Virus record (IMG/VR): IMGVR_UViG_3300010389_000029
Coordinates: 1 to 47,383 of that record
Strand: one strand, 5' to 3'
Length of the DNA: 47,383 nucleotides
From: a virus
Shown piece by piece: positions 16,294 to 23,348 of the stretch. The position numbers were made by a program, and so were the translations under genes. Within the stretch, counting starts at the first letter, position 1. The number at the start of each line of letters is the position of its first letter. Under the pieces are notes generated by a model. It ran no database searches and was not told the DNA's origin. It saw only the letters and a program-made list of their open reading frames with translations.

Positions 16294-16617
16294 ATGACGC
16301 TACAAAACTACAAATATTGGTTAAACGCCATGCGAGAAGCTGCAATCCAACTCCAGCAGCACGAGTTGATGATAAATCGAATACAAACCAATCGAGAAGA
16401 GTTGGCCAAAGCTAAGAAAACAAAAACGGGGAGCTGGAGATTTCGTATTCGTTGCGGTTCAAAGTACTGGCATCAGATCGCTAGAATGATGCTCAATGAA
16501 TTAGCAGAACGAGAGGCAGTGAAGTTTGTTGATATACAGGCAACGATAGAACTGCCTGAACGTGGCAGGACATTTACTAAACGCAGAGGAGAGAACAACC
16601 TATGGGCTAACGGGTGA
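16294..16617 (+). CDS. Hypothetical protein (107 aa)
   Basis: Track ORF. AAGGAGA lies 6 nt upstream of the ATG. Confidence 0.6.
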   Translation: MTLQNYKYWLNAMREAAIQLQQHELMINRIQTNREELAKAKKTKTGSWRFRIRCGSKYWHQIARMMLNELAEREAVKFVDIQATIELPERGRTFTKRRGENNLWANG

Positions 16618-16624
16618 ACCAAAC

Positions 16625-16646
16625 AACCCACGCAAGTGGGTTTTCC
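16625..16646 (+). terminator. Hairpin AACCCAC-gcaa-GTGGGTT followed by a short T-run (weak terminator or processing site)
   Basis: Read directly. Confidence 0.35.
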
Positions 16647-16684
16647 TATCAGGGGTCAATGAAGTCCCTTGATTACGAAAACCT

Positions 16685-16861
16685 ATGACAAAAAACACAT
16701 ATAAAGTGGGAGACACAGTCCTGCTGACCGACACCGACGAGATCGGTGAGGTCGCGAAAATAATAAAAACCGACCTGCTCACATGCGAACTGCAGTTTCA
16801 GGACGGTGAGGCAGGATGGTATGCCCACCACGAGTTTGAACCATTTGAGGAGGAAGCATGA
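16685..16861 (+). CDS. Small hypothetical protein (58 aa)
   Basis: MTKNTYKVGDTVLLTDTDEIGEVAKIIKTDLLTCELQFQDGEAGWYAHHEFEPFEEEA. ATGA overlap with the ASCH gene. Confidence 0.5.
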   Translation: MTKNTYKVGDTVLLTDTDEIGEVAKIIKTDLLTCELQFQDGEAGWYAHHEFEPFEEEA

Positions 16862-17229
16862 AACCAGCAGTCAACATCCGAAACGAACCTGGGAGTCCAT
16901 ATGCGGACTGGATCGTGGACGGACTGAAGTCCATCGAAACACGGGAAAAACCAACTTTGAATCGTCTAATTGGACGAAGAGTCAAGGTCATCCGCACTGG
17001 TGCGGGGAAAGCCCAGGTCATTGGCGAAATTACGATAACGGGCAGCAAACAGTATCTCACCAAGTCGCAGTTTATGGACGATAAAGGCAAACACATGGTG
17101 TCCGATACCAGTAGGTTCGCGATCAGAAGCACCAAAGTAGGATATACGCTATCTGATCCAGAGAGATACGAGCACGAGTATGATGCACCAACACCAAGAG
17201 GCATCGTTTACAGTAAGGCAATAGCATGA
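16858..17229 (+). CDS. ASCH (PUA-like) domain protein
   Basis: Size and the pattern PYADWIVDGLKSIETRE...VIGEITI are typical of ASCH proteins. Confidence 0.55.
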   Translation: MKPAVNIRNEPGSPYADWIVDGLKSIETREKPTLNRLIGRRVKVIRTGAGKAQVIGEITITGSKQYLTKSQFMDDKGKHMVSDTSRFAIRSTKVGYTLSDPERYEHEYDAPTPRGIVYSKAIA

Positions 17230-17402
17230 AAACACGATTGAAACACCCCGGCTGGAAACCACTGCCAGAACAAACCGAGTGGAACCAAGCAACCCAAGCG
17301 GGTCCGCTCTGGGACCGTTACTGCAACTACGTGGACGCCATGGAGGAAATCGGCGCACCCCACGACAAAATAAAAACCTTCGACCAATGGATAAACTCAT
17401 GA
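17226..17402 (+). CDS. Small hypothetical protein (58 aa)
   Basis: MKTRLKHPGWKPLPEQTEWNQATQAGPLWDRYCNYVDAMEEIGAPHDKIKTFDQWINS. ATGA overlaps at both ends. Confidence 0.5.
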   Translation: MKTRLKHPGWKPLPEQTEWNQATQAGPLWDRYCNYVDAMEEIGAPHDKIKTFDQWINS

Positions 17403-17587
17403 ACAAAACAGAAAGACAAGCGGTATCAGCCGCATACGCACTCGCCCTGATGGGATCTCAAATGAACTCCGTCAAGGAGTTGAAACAGGTAGCAGCAGCA
17501 ATTGCCCACAACTTGGAACCCCACATGGATTCCAACTTGGCAGAAGCAGCATACAATCAGTTTACCGGCAAATCAGATGAAAAGTAA
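17399..17587 (+). CDS. Small hypothetical protein (62 aa)
   Basis: Internal ATG (MNKTERQAV...) of track ORF 17279..17587, coupled to the previous ORF. Confidence 0.5.
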   Translation: MNKTERQAVSAAYALALMGSQMNSVKELKQVAAAIAHNLEPHMDSNLAEAAYNQFTGKSDEK

Positions 17588-18026
17588 GGGGGACAAAATT
17601 GGCTCCAGATTTGTCCAATTGACAATTGGACTGATATGTGCCTCCCCAACGGCCAAAGCCGGGATCGTCGCACTGACGATCCTGGCCGAGGCCCGAGGTG
17701 AGGGACCGGATGGAATGACCGCAGTAGCAGCATGCATATACCAGCGATCCCTTAACCGAAAAATAACACCGGATCAGGTTTGTCTTCAGCCTAAGCAGTT
17801 CTCCTGTTGGAACGGCAAGAGCGAAGCGGATCTGGAGCACCTGCTAAAACTGCCCCAAGCCAAAACCGCACTCTGGCTCGAAGCAAACCTACACAGGCTA
17901 AACCGAGCCAAAATAGGCTACGCTGACCATTACCACGCTGACTACGTCAATCCCTACTGGGCAGACAAAACCAAAAAAACCTTTACCATAGGCAAACACA
18001 TCTTCTACCGTCTAAATACCCAATGA
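17577..18026 (+). CDS. SleB/Hydrolase_2-type cell wall hydrolase (endolysin) with a signal-anchor-like N-terminus
   Basis: LAEARGEGPDGMTAVAACIYQR...ADHYHADYVNPYWA matches the SleB-type hydrolase pattern. Probable start MKSKGDKIGSRFVQLTIGLICASPTAKAGIVALTIL. Confidence 0.75.
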   Translation: MKSKGDKIGSRFVQLTIGLICASPTAKAGIVALTILAEARGEGPDGMTAVAACIYQRSLNRKITPDQVCLQPKQFSCWNGKSEADLEHLLKLPQAKTALWLEANLHRLNRAKIGYADHYHADYVNPYWADKTKKTFTIGKHIFYRLNTQ

Positions 18027-18031
18027 CATGT

Positions 18032-18135
18032 AGCGTCTGGGGGAGTGCCGGTCACATGACTACGACTCACGCCGAGGTTTTTTCTAGCATTAGGTTCTCC
18101 TCCGCGAATGGCTTTGCAACCCATCCCCAGACGCT
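18032..18135. other. Element bracketed by an 11-bp perfect inverted repeat (agcgtctgggg / ccccagacgct) with an 82-nt interior containing a T6 run
   Basis: Read directly. It is intergenic, between the endolysin and the RHH gene. Confidence 0.6.
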
Positions 18136-18170
18136 TGCCTTCCCAAAATATTTATGTTAAACAAACCCAC

Positions 18171-18359
18171 ATGGGACGTTTAAAAAAAGAAATTACCCGA
18201 AGTGCACGAATCGGACTCCGAATCACCGAAAATCAGAAAACCTTATGGCAAGAAGCAGCAGATCAAGAAGATTTGACCCTAAGCAAGTGGATCGCAAAGA
18301 CATGCGATCAGTTTATGTCGCCAGTCCATACACAATCGGACCCTGTGCGCGTAATGTAA
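18171..18359 (+). CDS. Ribbon-helix-helix (CopG/Arc-like) DNA-binding protein
   Basis: MGRLKKEITRSARIGLRITENQKTLWQEAADQEDLTLSKWI fits a beta-strand plus two-helix RHH layout. Internal ATG of track ORF 18108..18359. Confidence 0.5.
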   Translation: MGRLKKEITRSARIGLRITENQKTLWQEAADQEDLTLSKWIAKTCDQFMSPVHTQSDPVRVM

Positions 18360-18625
18360 GCACGCAACTCGACGCATTTCATAGGCTCATGGACATGGGC
18401 CTACTCCCTTTCGCACCTCTCCTGACCCATTACGCCGAAATCCACCGCCAAAGACCTTGGGAGGACTGGATTCACAACTACTGCCTGCCATGGGTCAGAA
18501 AATGTGACATGGTCCTCCGACTGGAGGGACTCTCCATCGGAGGTGACCTGGAGGTGCAGCAAGCCCACCGACTCAACATACCCGTTTATTTCGGCTGGCA
18601 GGATTTGGAAGATGGTTTAGGGTAG
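18302..18625 (+). CDS. DUF1937 / nucleoside 2-deoxyribosyltransferase-like protein
   Basis: N-terminus MRSVYVASPY and length are typical of that family. It overlaps the RHH gene by 58 nt in another frame. Confidence 0.45.
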   Translation: MRSVYVASPYTIGPCARNVSTQLDAFHRLMDMGLLPFAPLLTHYAEIHRQRPWEDWIHNYCLPWVRKCDMVLRLEGLSIGGDLEVQQAHRLNIPVYFGWQDLEDGLG

Positions 18626-18721
18626 GATCTACATGCCCCGTTCCTGAGCCTGCGTGATGCCTGTGGCTTAGTTTATAATCGTAGCAGGTAGACAACAGCG
18701 GACAGAATAGATCCTACCCTA
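18618..18721. other. Element bracketed by a 14-bp perfect inverted repeat (tagggtaggatcta / tagatcctacccta) with a 76-nt interior, between convergent genes
   Basis: Read directly. An inner CCTGC/GCAGG stem is present. The stop codon of 18302..18625 lies in the left arm. Confidence 0.6.
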
Positions 18722-18731
18722 TACGGTCATC

Positions 18732-18932
18732 CTACACAAACCTCCTCTGCTGCCTCATAGCCTGTATGTAAAACCACTGATCTATGACCTCCTCCTCCAT
18801 GCGGTCGAGGAGATCCGGTTTCTCCCACAGGTTACCCCCGTGCTCCTTCTGACCTGCAACATATTTCAAGGTCGCCTTGTCCATGAATGCCTTCACGGCA
18901 TCCTCCATCGATTGTTTTTGTTCGTTCGTCAT
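18732..18932 (-). CDS. Small hypothetical protein (66 aa)
   Basis: Internal ATG (MTNEQKQSMEDAV...) preceded by AGGAG. The track ORF extends to 18965. Confidence 0.55.
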   Translation of the reverse strand: MTNEQKQSMEDAVKAFMDKATLKYVAGQKEHGGNLWEKPDLLDRMEEEVIDQWFYIQAMRQQRRFV

Positions 18933-18984
18933 ATCGCTCCTAAATGCCAGAAATAGGCTTCTCATGACACTTGTACACTTGTCG

Positions 18985-19085
18985 CCTATTTTGTTTAGTA
19001 CTATTATTTTTTTTATTTTTCATTTTTCACTGATCAAAAATGGCCCTTTTTTGATCAGTTAATTTTCTATTTTTTATTTTTTCAG
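18985..19085. other. AT-rich tract containing an 11-bp perfect hairpin (ctgatcaaaaa-tggccct-tttttgatcag, 19030..19058) with two GATC sites. Candidate DNA unwinding element.
   Basis: Read directly. Confidence 0.55.
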
Positions 19086-19106
19086 ACTCCGAGGAGTATA
19101 AGAGGT

Positions 19107-19285
19107 TAGTGTCATAAGTGTCATGCATGGGTTAACCCCTTCACCCTGCACCACTTAAGGCATGACACTTCTTTCCCCCCAAGTGTCATAAGTGTCATCA
19201 GAATAAGCCCCGCTAATGACCCCTCATAAGCAAAAGCATGACACTTATGACACTTACATGACACTTGTTTTTGCCCAAGTGTCAT
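19107..19285. repeat. Iteron/operator cluster of 9-mers: AAGTGTCAT at 19116, 19181, 19190 and 19277, plus variant TAGTGTCAT at 19107. The inverse ATGACACTT is at 19162, 19238, 19247 and 19258, with a tenth copy at 18964.
   Basis: Read directly. Two inverted pairs share a 10-nt spacer (19162..19189 and 19258..19285). Confidence 0.85.
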
Positions 19286-19309
19286 GCTTTGTGGCACAAA
19301 GTGAACCCC

Positions 19310-21391
19310 TCAGAACGGATCCTTTCCACCCCAACTCATAGGCTCGATCTTCCAGTTTCGGCACGACATGCTCCGCTCTTGGGACACTCTATAAGTCCCA
19401 TCATCCATCGTCGCCAACTTCCCAAGCATTCTCCCGAGGGCCATAGGTGACCGGATCCAGTTGATGGAGGCATATTGCTTGAGGGTTTCGTATATATAAG
19501 CAGCGGATCCTTCCAAAGGTTCTGTGTTTCCAATGAAATACAAATCCAAAATCCCTTCCAATTGCCCCTCCAACGACTCACCATGCACTAGGCGGTTGAC
19601 CTTCGGGTGGACGTAACCTTTCACGCCGTAACGGCAATCGACCAAGTCAGGGTCAGTCTCAAACTCATCCACCCAAGCACAGAAATCATCCAAGTCAGGC
19701 TCGATCAAGTCCCAAACCTCCAGGCCAGGTTCAAAGGTCCAGCCAGGTGTCCCGCACCAGAACAGCATCAGCTTGTCCTTGTTGTCATCATCCACCGAAG
19801 GCAAAGTCCTTATGCTGGAGGGGGTTGTGTTTACACTACCAGTGAACCTCCAGATTGGTTTCAGTGTTACCGGTTCCCCGTATTTAGCGTGCAATGGCAC
19901 TGAGACATTAGCCACGATTTCTTTAATCGATCCAGTCAGTCGATGCCGTGCTTTCCAATCATCGAGGATAGTAGCGTCACTAATAGTCAGGTGTTCAGCT
20001 CTCCACAGGTCAGAATTAAAGGTCGTTAGCCCTTTGATCCAAGCCTGTGGATCTGCTTCACGACCACCGATACACGCAGTTATAATCTTCTGGCCCAAGG
20101 TCTTACCCAACCCAGTGCCTCCTACAAAGAAAATTGCTTGCCCTGGGACGTTCTTCGTGGGATCGGCCAACGACTTCCGGGCTTGTTTCAACCACGGGAT
20201 GAAATACTCCATTTGTTCTGCGCCCAACAGGTTGCTGAAGAACTGTTCTGGCACGGTGCCTGTTCTGGCAGTTCCTTTGCGGAGGGTGTAGCCCTCGGTT
20301 ACAAGAACCTGAAGCGGACCTTCTTCGCGATAGCCAATGGGCCTTCCACATAAAGGACCGGCATAGGATACCATGCGATTCTGTTCCACTGTGGCTTGGG
20401 AGTTACTGATCTGGGCGGCGGTTGCGCCGAAGAACACCAGTTGGTTGCGCCAAGACTCCAAGGTCAACTTGGTGAAGCGACCGGAGCCATTCAGATCGAC
20501 ATACCACTTGGCTCCGTCGGTATAGGAACGACGAACGACCAACTCGGCTTCCTCACTGACCACGTCGCCACGTTCCACGGCTCTCTTGGCACTGGATATA
20601 CCGTCACGGAGAATCCCTGCCTTGATCTTCAGCAGGGACCGGACTTTGTCCTGTAGCATCGCTGCGCTGGGCGACGAGGCGAATCGCCCGAGGCACTTGC
20701 AGAGTTTCCCGAAGACCTCTGGGGAGGTGACGTCCAGTTGTTCGTGTTGGGCAGTCAACAACCTATCGAGCATGGTGACCTCGTCGGAGTCGGGTTCGAT
20801 GCGGGGTAGATTAAACCACTCGGATGCGAACCTACCTCCGAGTTCCTCGCGCATGTCATCTGCGCCTTTGGGTCCGTTCCATGGCATACGAACCAACTGG
20901 AACGGAGGCAACTTGCCTACCATACGAGCCGTTGCGGTGTAGAAGTCTGGATTGAGCAGGGTGTCACTGTCCCCGATCCACTCGATCTTCTGGGGTTGGA
21001 AGTAAGCCAAGGCTTCAGCGAGTTCTGGATGGACGGATCCTCCCTCCTGCCAGCCATAGAAGCCTGAAATACCCAAGGTCGGGAAACCTGCTTCAGTTAG
21101 AGCGATCGCTTTGAATTCACCTTCCACGATGCCCAAGGTTTGAACTCCGCGCTCGATGCCGACAGGTATGTATATGTGAACCCCTGATCCTTGGGCTTGG
21201 CTGTATTTCATATCCCCGGAGGGAGACTTGAGTCTGAGCCGGTGGAAACCGGACTCTGATCCATCGAGGTTATGGTAGGGTATCAGTATACCGGCTACGG
21301 ACTGGCCGATGAGTTTCTTCGCTTCATCGGGTGCTATTTCTCGAACACCATTTGCCGCCAGAACGGCTTCACTTATGCCTGGTCTTTTCAT
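19310..21391 (-). CDS. Bifunctional DNA primase/helicase (Toprim-like N-terminus plus P-loop NTPase C-terminus)
   Basis: IVEGEFKAIAL and WIGDSDT Toprim-type acidic motifs. Walker A FFVGGTGLGKT. The ATG at 21391 overlaps the upstream stop (ATGA); the track start at 21478 is probably too far upstream. Confidence 0.8.
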   Translation of the reverse strand: MKRPGISEAVLAANGVREIAPDEAKKLIGQSVAGILIPYHNLDGSESGFHRLRLKSPSGDMKYSQAQGSGVHIYIPVGIERGVQTLGIVEGEFKAIALTEAGFPTLGISGFYGWQEGGSVHPELAEALAYFQPQKIEWIGDSDTLLNPDFYTATARMVGKLPPFQLVRMPWNGPKGADDMREELGGRFASEWFNLPRIEPDSDEVTMLDRLLTAQHEQLDVTSPEVFGKLCKCLGRFASSPSAAMLQDKVRSLLKIKAGILRDGISSAKRAVERGDVVSEEAELVVRRSYTDGAKWYVDLNGSGRFTKLTLESWRNQLVFFGATAAQISNSQATVEQNRMVSYAGPLCGRPIGYREEGPLQVLVTEGYTLRKGTARTGTVPEQFFSNLLGAEQMEYFIPWLKQARKSLADPTKNVPGQAIFFVGGTGLGKTLGQKIITACIGGREADPQAWIKGLTTFNSDLWRAEHLTISDATILDDWKARHRLTGSIKEIVANVSVPLHAKYGEPVTLKPIWRFTGSVNTTPSSIRTLPSVDDDNKDKLMLFWCGTPGWTFEPGLEVWDLIEPDLDDFCAWVDEFETDPDLVDCRYGVKGYVHPKVNRLVHGESLEGQLEGILDLYFIGNTEPLEGSAAYIYETLKQYASINWIRSPMALGRMLGKLATMDDGTYRVSQERSMSCRNWKIEPMSWGGKDPF

Positions 21392-21957
21392 GCTGGCACC
21401 TCCTCCAGCTGCTGGATATTGGCGTTTTTCTTGGCGGCGCGATATTTGCGAGTCTGCTTGTTTTGACATTCGCAGCAATTAGATCGGGTTCCGAGTGTCT
21501 TACTGCGGTCCTTGTGGAATTGACCCAGTGGCTTGACTGTATCGCAGTCAGGACAGCGTTTGAACCCCACAGGTGTTGGTTCTAAATACAAATCACCTAA
21601 CTTGGATACACCATGCCCTGCGTTGCAACTGTGGCAAATGAAGCACATTGTGCCATCCAGGTTGTGCTGGAGTGAAATAGTTGATCCCCTTCTATTATCA
21701 GCTCCCGCTTTCCACCGCATTTGTTGTCCGCATGACGGGCATTTTCCTAATTCACCATGTTCGTTCAGACAGGGCCGGAGCATCGTTTCGCACTCCTCCC
21801 AAGACGGGACAACCTTGCCCCTCCGTTGCGCCACGTCCCGCATTCGGTTGAACCGATAATGCTTTTCGCAGTACCATGTCGAGCCAAGTCCATTTGCTTT
21901 GTTGATTCCGTCGTCATCACAACCTTTGCGGCTGCATATTCTGTGTGTAGTTTTCAT
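21388..21957 (-). CDS. Cys-rich zinc-finger / HNH-like nuclease candidate
   Basis: SLQHNLDGTMCFICHSCNAGH and several CxxC pairs. Translationally coupled to the primase gene. Confidence 0.5.
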   Translation of the reverse strand: MKTTHRICSRKGCDDDGINKANGLGSTWYCEKHYRFNRMRDVAQRRGKVVPSWEECETMLRPCLNEHGELGKCPSCGQQMRWKAGADNRRGSTISLQHNLDGTMCFICHSCNAGHGVSKLGDLYLEPTPVGFKRCPDCDTVKPLGQFHKDRSKTLGTRSNCCECQNKQTRKYRAAKKNANIQQLEEVPA

Positions 21958-21972
21958 GATCTTTCGTAAGTA

Positions 21973-22052
21973 GAGCGCGGACCCTTTGTTTCTACAGGTA
22001 GTTCAGCGACCTTGTGGTGAGTTCTCCTCACCTACCATTCGGATCCGCGCTC
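21973..22052. other. Structured intergenic element: 9-bp outer stem (gagcgcgga / tccgcgctc) enclosing the hairpin GGTGAG-ttctc-CTCACC
   Basis: Read directly, between the RuvC-like and HNH/Zn genes. Confidence 0.5.
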
Positions 22053-22057
22053 AAAAG

Positions 22058-22516
22058 TTATTTACTGAGTCTGGCAAGGTCCATCGCCCTGCCAAGTGGA
22101 TGATTTTGAAAAGCCCACTCCAATAGTAGCCATGCATCGCAGGTTGCTTTCGTAACTCGGCCCAATTTACCGAATCGACGCTTGGCCACTTTGAACAGAG
22201 CTGACTTTCGTTTTTGATAGTTTCGTTCGTAGATCTTCAGTGGGAACTGCCACGTCCTTGGTTCCACGTAGGTCACTGGAACTTCCAAAGTGGCCAGGAT
22301 CCCTTCCCATTGGCCGAGGTTACGACCAAACTCAAACACGCATGCGTGTGTAAGGGTCGCGGTCCCTCTGACCTTTTCGCAGAATGCGTGTGTCAATGGA
22401 TATTGCTCCAGTTCCGCTGACATCTGCTCCACTGACCGGAATGGTATCGGTCGGACCATGTTCACGGATGCGACGACACACCCACCGGACTTGCCTGGAT
22501 CAATTGCTACTATCAT
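22058..22516 (-). CDS. RuvC-like Holliday junction resolvase
   Basis: N-terminal MIVAIDPGKSGG and a ~150-aa length are typical of phage RuvC-type resolvases. Confidence 0.7.
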   Translation of the reverse strand: MIVAIDPGKSGGCVVASVNMVRPIPFRSVEQMSAELEQYPLTHAFCEKVRGTATLTHACVFEFGRNLGQWEGILATLEVPVTYVEPRTWQFPLKIYERNYQKRKSALFKVAKRRFGKLGRVTKATCDAWLLLEWAFQNHPLGRAMDLARLSK

Positions 22517-22712
22517 CGATCAAAGGCCAGAGAGCCTGCTTGTCCACGTCCTCAAGTTTATCCGCGAAGAAATGGGCGGCTTGTTTGGTTTCGTCCTTCG
22601 TAGCCCCGCATTGATCTAGCAGGGCCAGCGCGAGGTTGATCATCTCGGTGTTATCCATTTGAGCTACGGCGTGACCGTAGATTACAGGATCTGTTTGTTC
22701 GGTGTATGTCAT
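22500..22712 (-). CDS. Small hypothetical protein (70 aa)
   Basis: Internal ATG (MTYTEQTDPV...) overlapping the upstream stop (ATGA). Confidence 0.5.
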   Translation of the reverse strand: MTYTEQTDPVIYGHAVAQMDNTEMINLALALLDQCGATKDETKQAAHFFADKLEDVDKQALWPLIDDSSN

Positions 22713-23065
22713 ATTTTGTTTTTGTAGAATTGCAGTTGTTTTTTTGCCTTTTGCAATAGGATCGGGTAGTCGAAATTGTTTGGGAACTGTTTGGTCTTTT
22801 TTTCCCATTCGTCCACCCGTTTTCTCCATTTACCAATCTGTTCGAGAAGATGATTGTTGACCACTTTTTTGATAGACGTTGGTCTGCTGTCAAATAGATC
22901 ATCCTCATTCTCACGCTCATTGCTGTATTGCCCTTTATCCCACGTTGGATCGACGGGTATGTAAAAGTCCGTCAAATCCTCAAATGTTTCTTGCGGCCAG
23001 AAGTCTTTCAACTCAGGCCCGAATTTCCATATACATTTCCCACATTGAACTCTTCGATTTATCAT
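22709..23065 (-). CDS. Hypothetical protein (118 aa)
   Basis: Internal ATG (MINRRVQCGKCIW...) overlapping the stop of the DUF3310-like gene (TAATG). Confidence 0.5.
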   Translation of the reverse strand: MINRRVQCGKCIWKFGPELKDFWPQETFEDLTDFYIPVDPTWDKGQYSNERENEDDLFDSRPTSIKKVVNNHLLEQIGKWRKRVDEWEKKTKQFPNNFDYPILLQKAKKQLQFYKNKI

Positions 23066-23265
23066 TACTTTCGTCTTTCTATTTCTCGTTGGATATACCA
23101 CTTTGCTTTTTCTAGGTCTTCTATTGCATTGTTCTTCAGGTCGGCACGCCAAAGATATTTGATGGCGTTTCCGATACAAAATCCCATATGTTCTGTTATT
23201 TGAATGCACTCGATCCCGCTGGGGTGTTCGGTGTAATGTTTTGGGTGATTTACTGGATCATTCAT
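23065..23265 (-). CDS. DUF3310-family phage protein
   Basis: HPKHYTEHPSGIECIQITEHMGFCIGNAIKYLWRADLKNNAIEDLEKAKWY matches the DUF3310 pattern. Confidence 0.7.
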   Translation of the reverse strand: MNDPVNHPKHYTEHPSGIECIQITEHMGFCIGNAIKYLWRADLKNNAIEDLEKAKWYIQREIERRK

Positions 23266-23348
23266 AATAAAAGAATCTGCCTACTGATTCATGCGGGTAT
23301 AAAGTTGACCCTGTCCGTAGATCTCCTACGGCACCACAACGGCAGAAT

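Noticed and set aside
19030-19085. The 11-bp hairpin with a following T-rich run as a plus-strand terminator
   Set aside because: No plus-strand gene ends nearby. The nearest (18625) is separated from it by a minus-strand gene. The AT-only stem and the context next to the 9-mer array fit an unwinding element better.
21392-21478. Upstream start of the primase ORF (MLRMSKQ...), and similar long N-terminal extensions at 41978, 25178, 31800, 23209, 22829, 11740, 10992, 18965 and 13799
   Set aside because: The track takes the most upstream ATG/GTG/TTG. In each case an internal ATG coincides with the stop of the preceding gene (ATGA/TAATG) or has a Shine-Dalgarno, which fits the tight coupling seen throughout.
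21973-22052. Possible tRNA (about 80 nt with a terminal stem)
   Set aside because: On neither strand could I fit a 7-bp acceptor with D, anticodon and T arms. There is no TTCRANY T-loop, and the terminal stem is 9 bp with no discriminator or CCA context.
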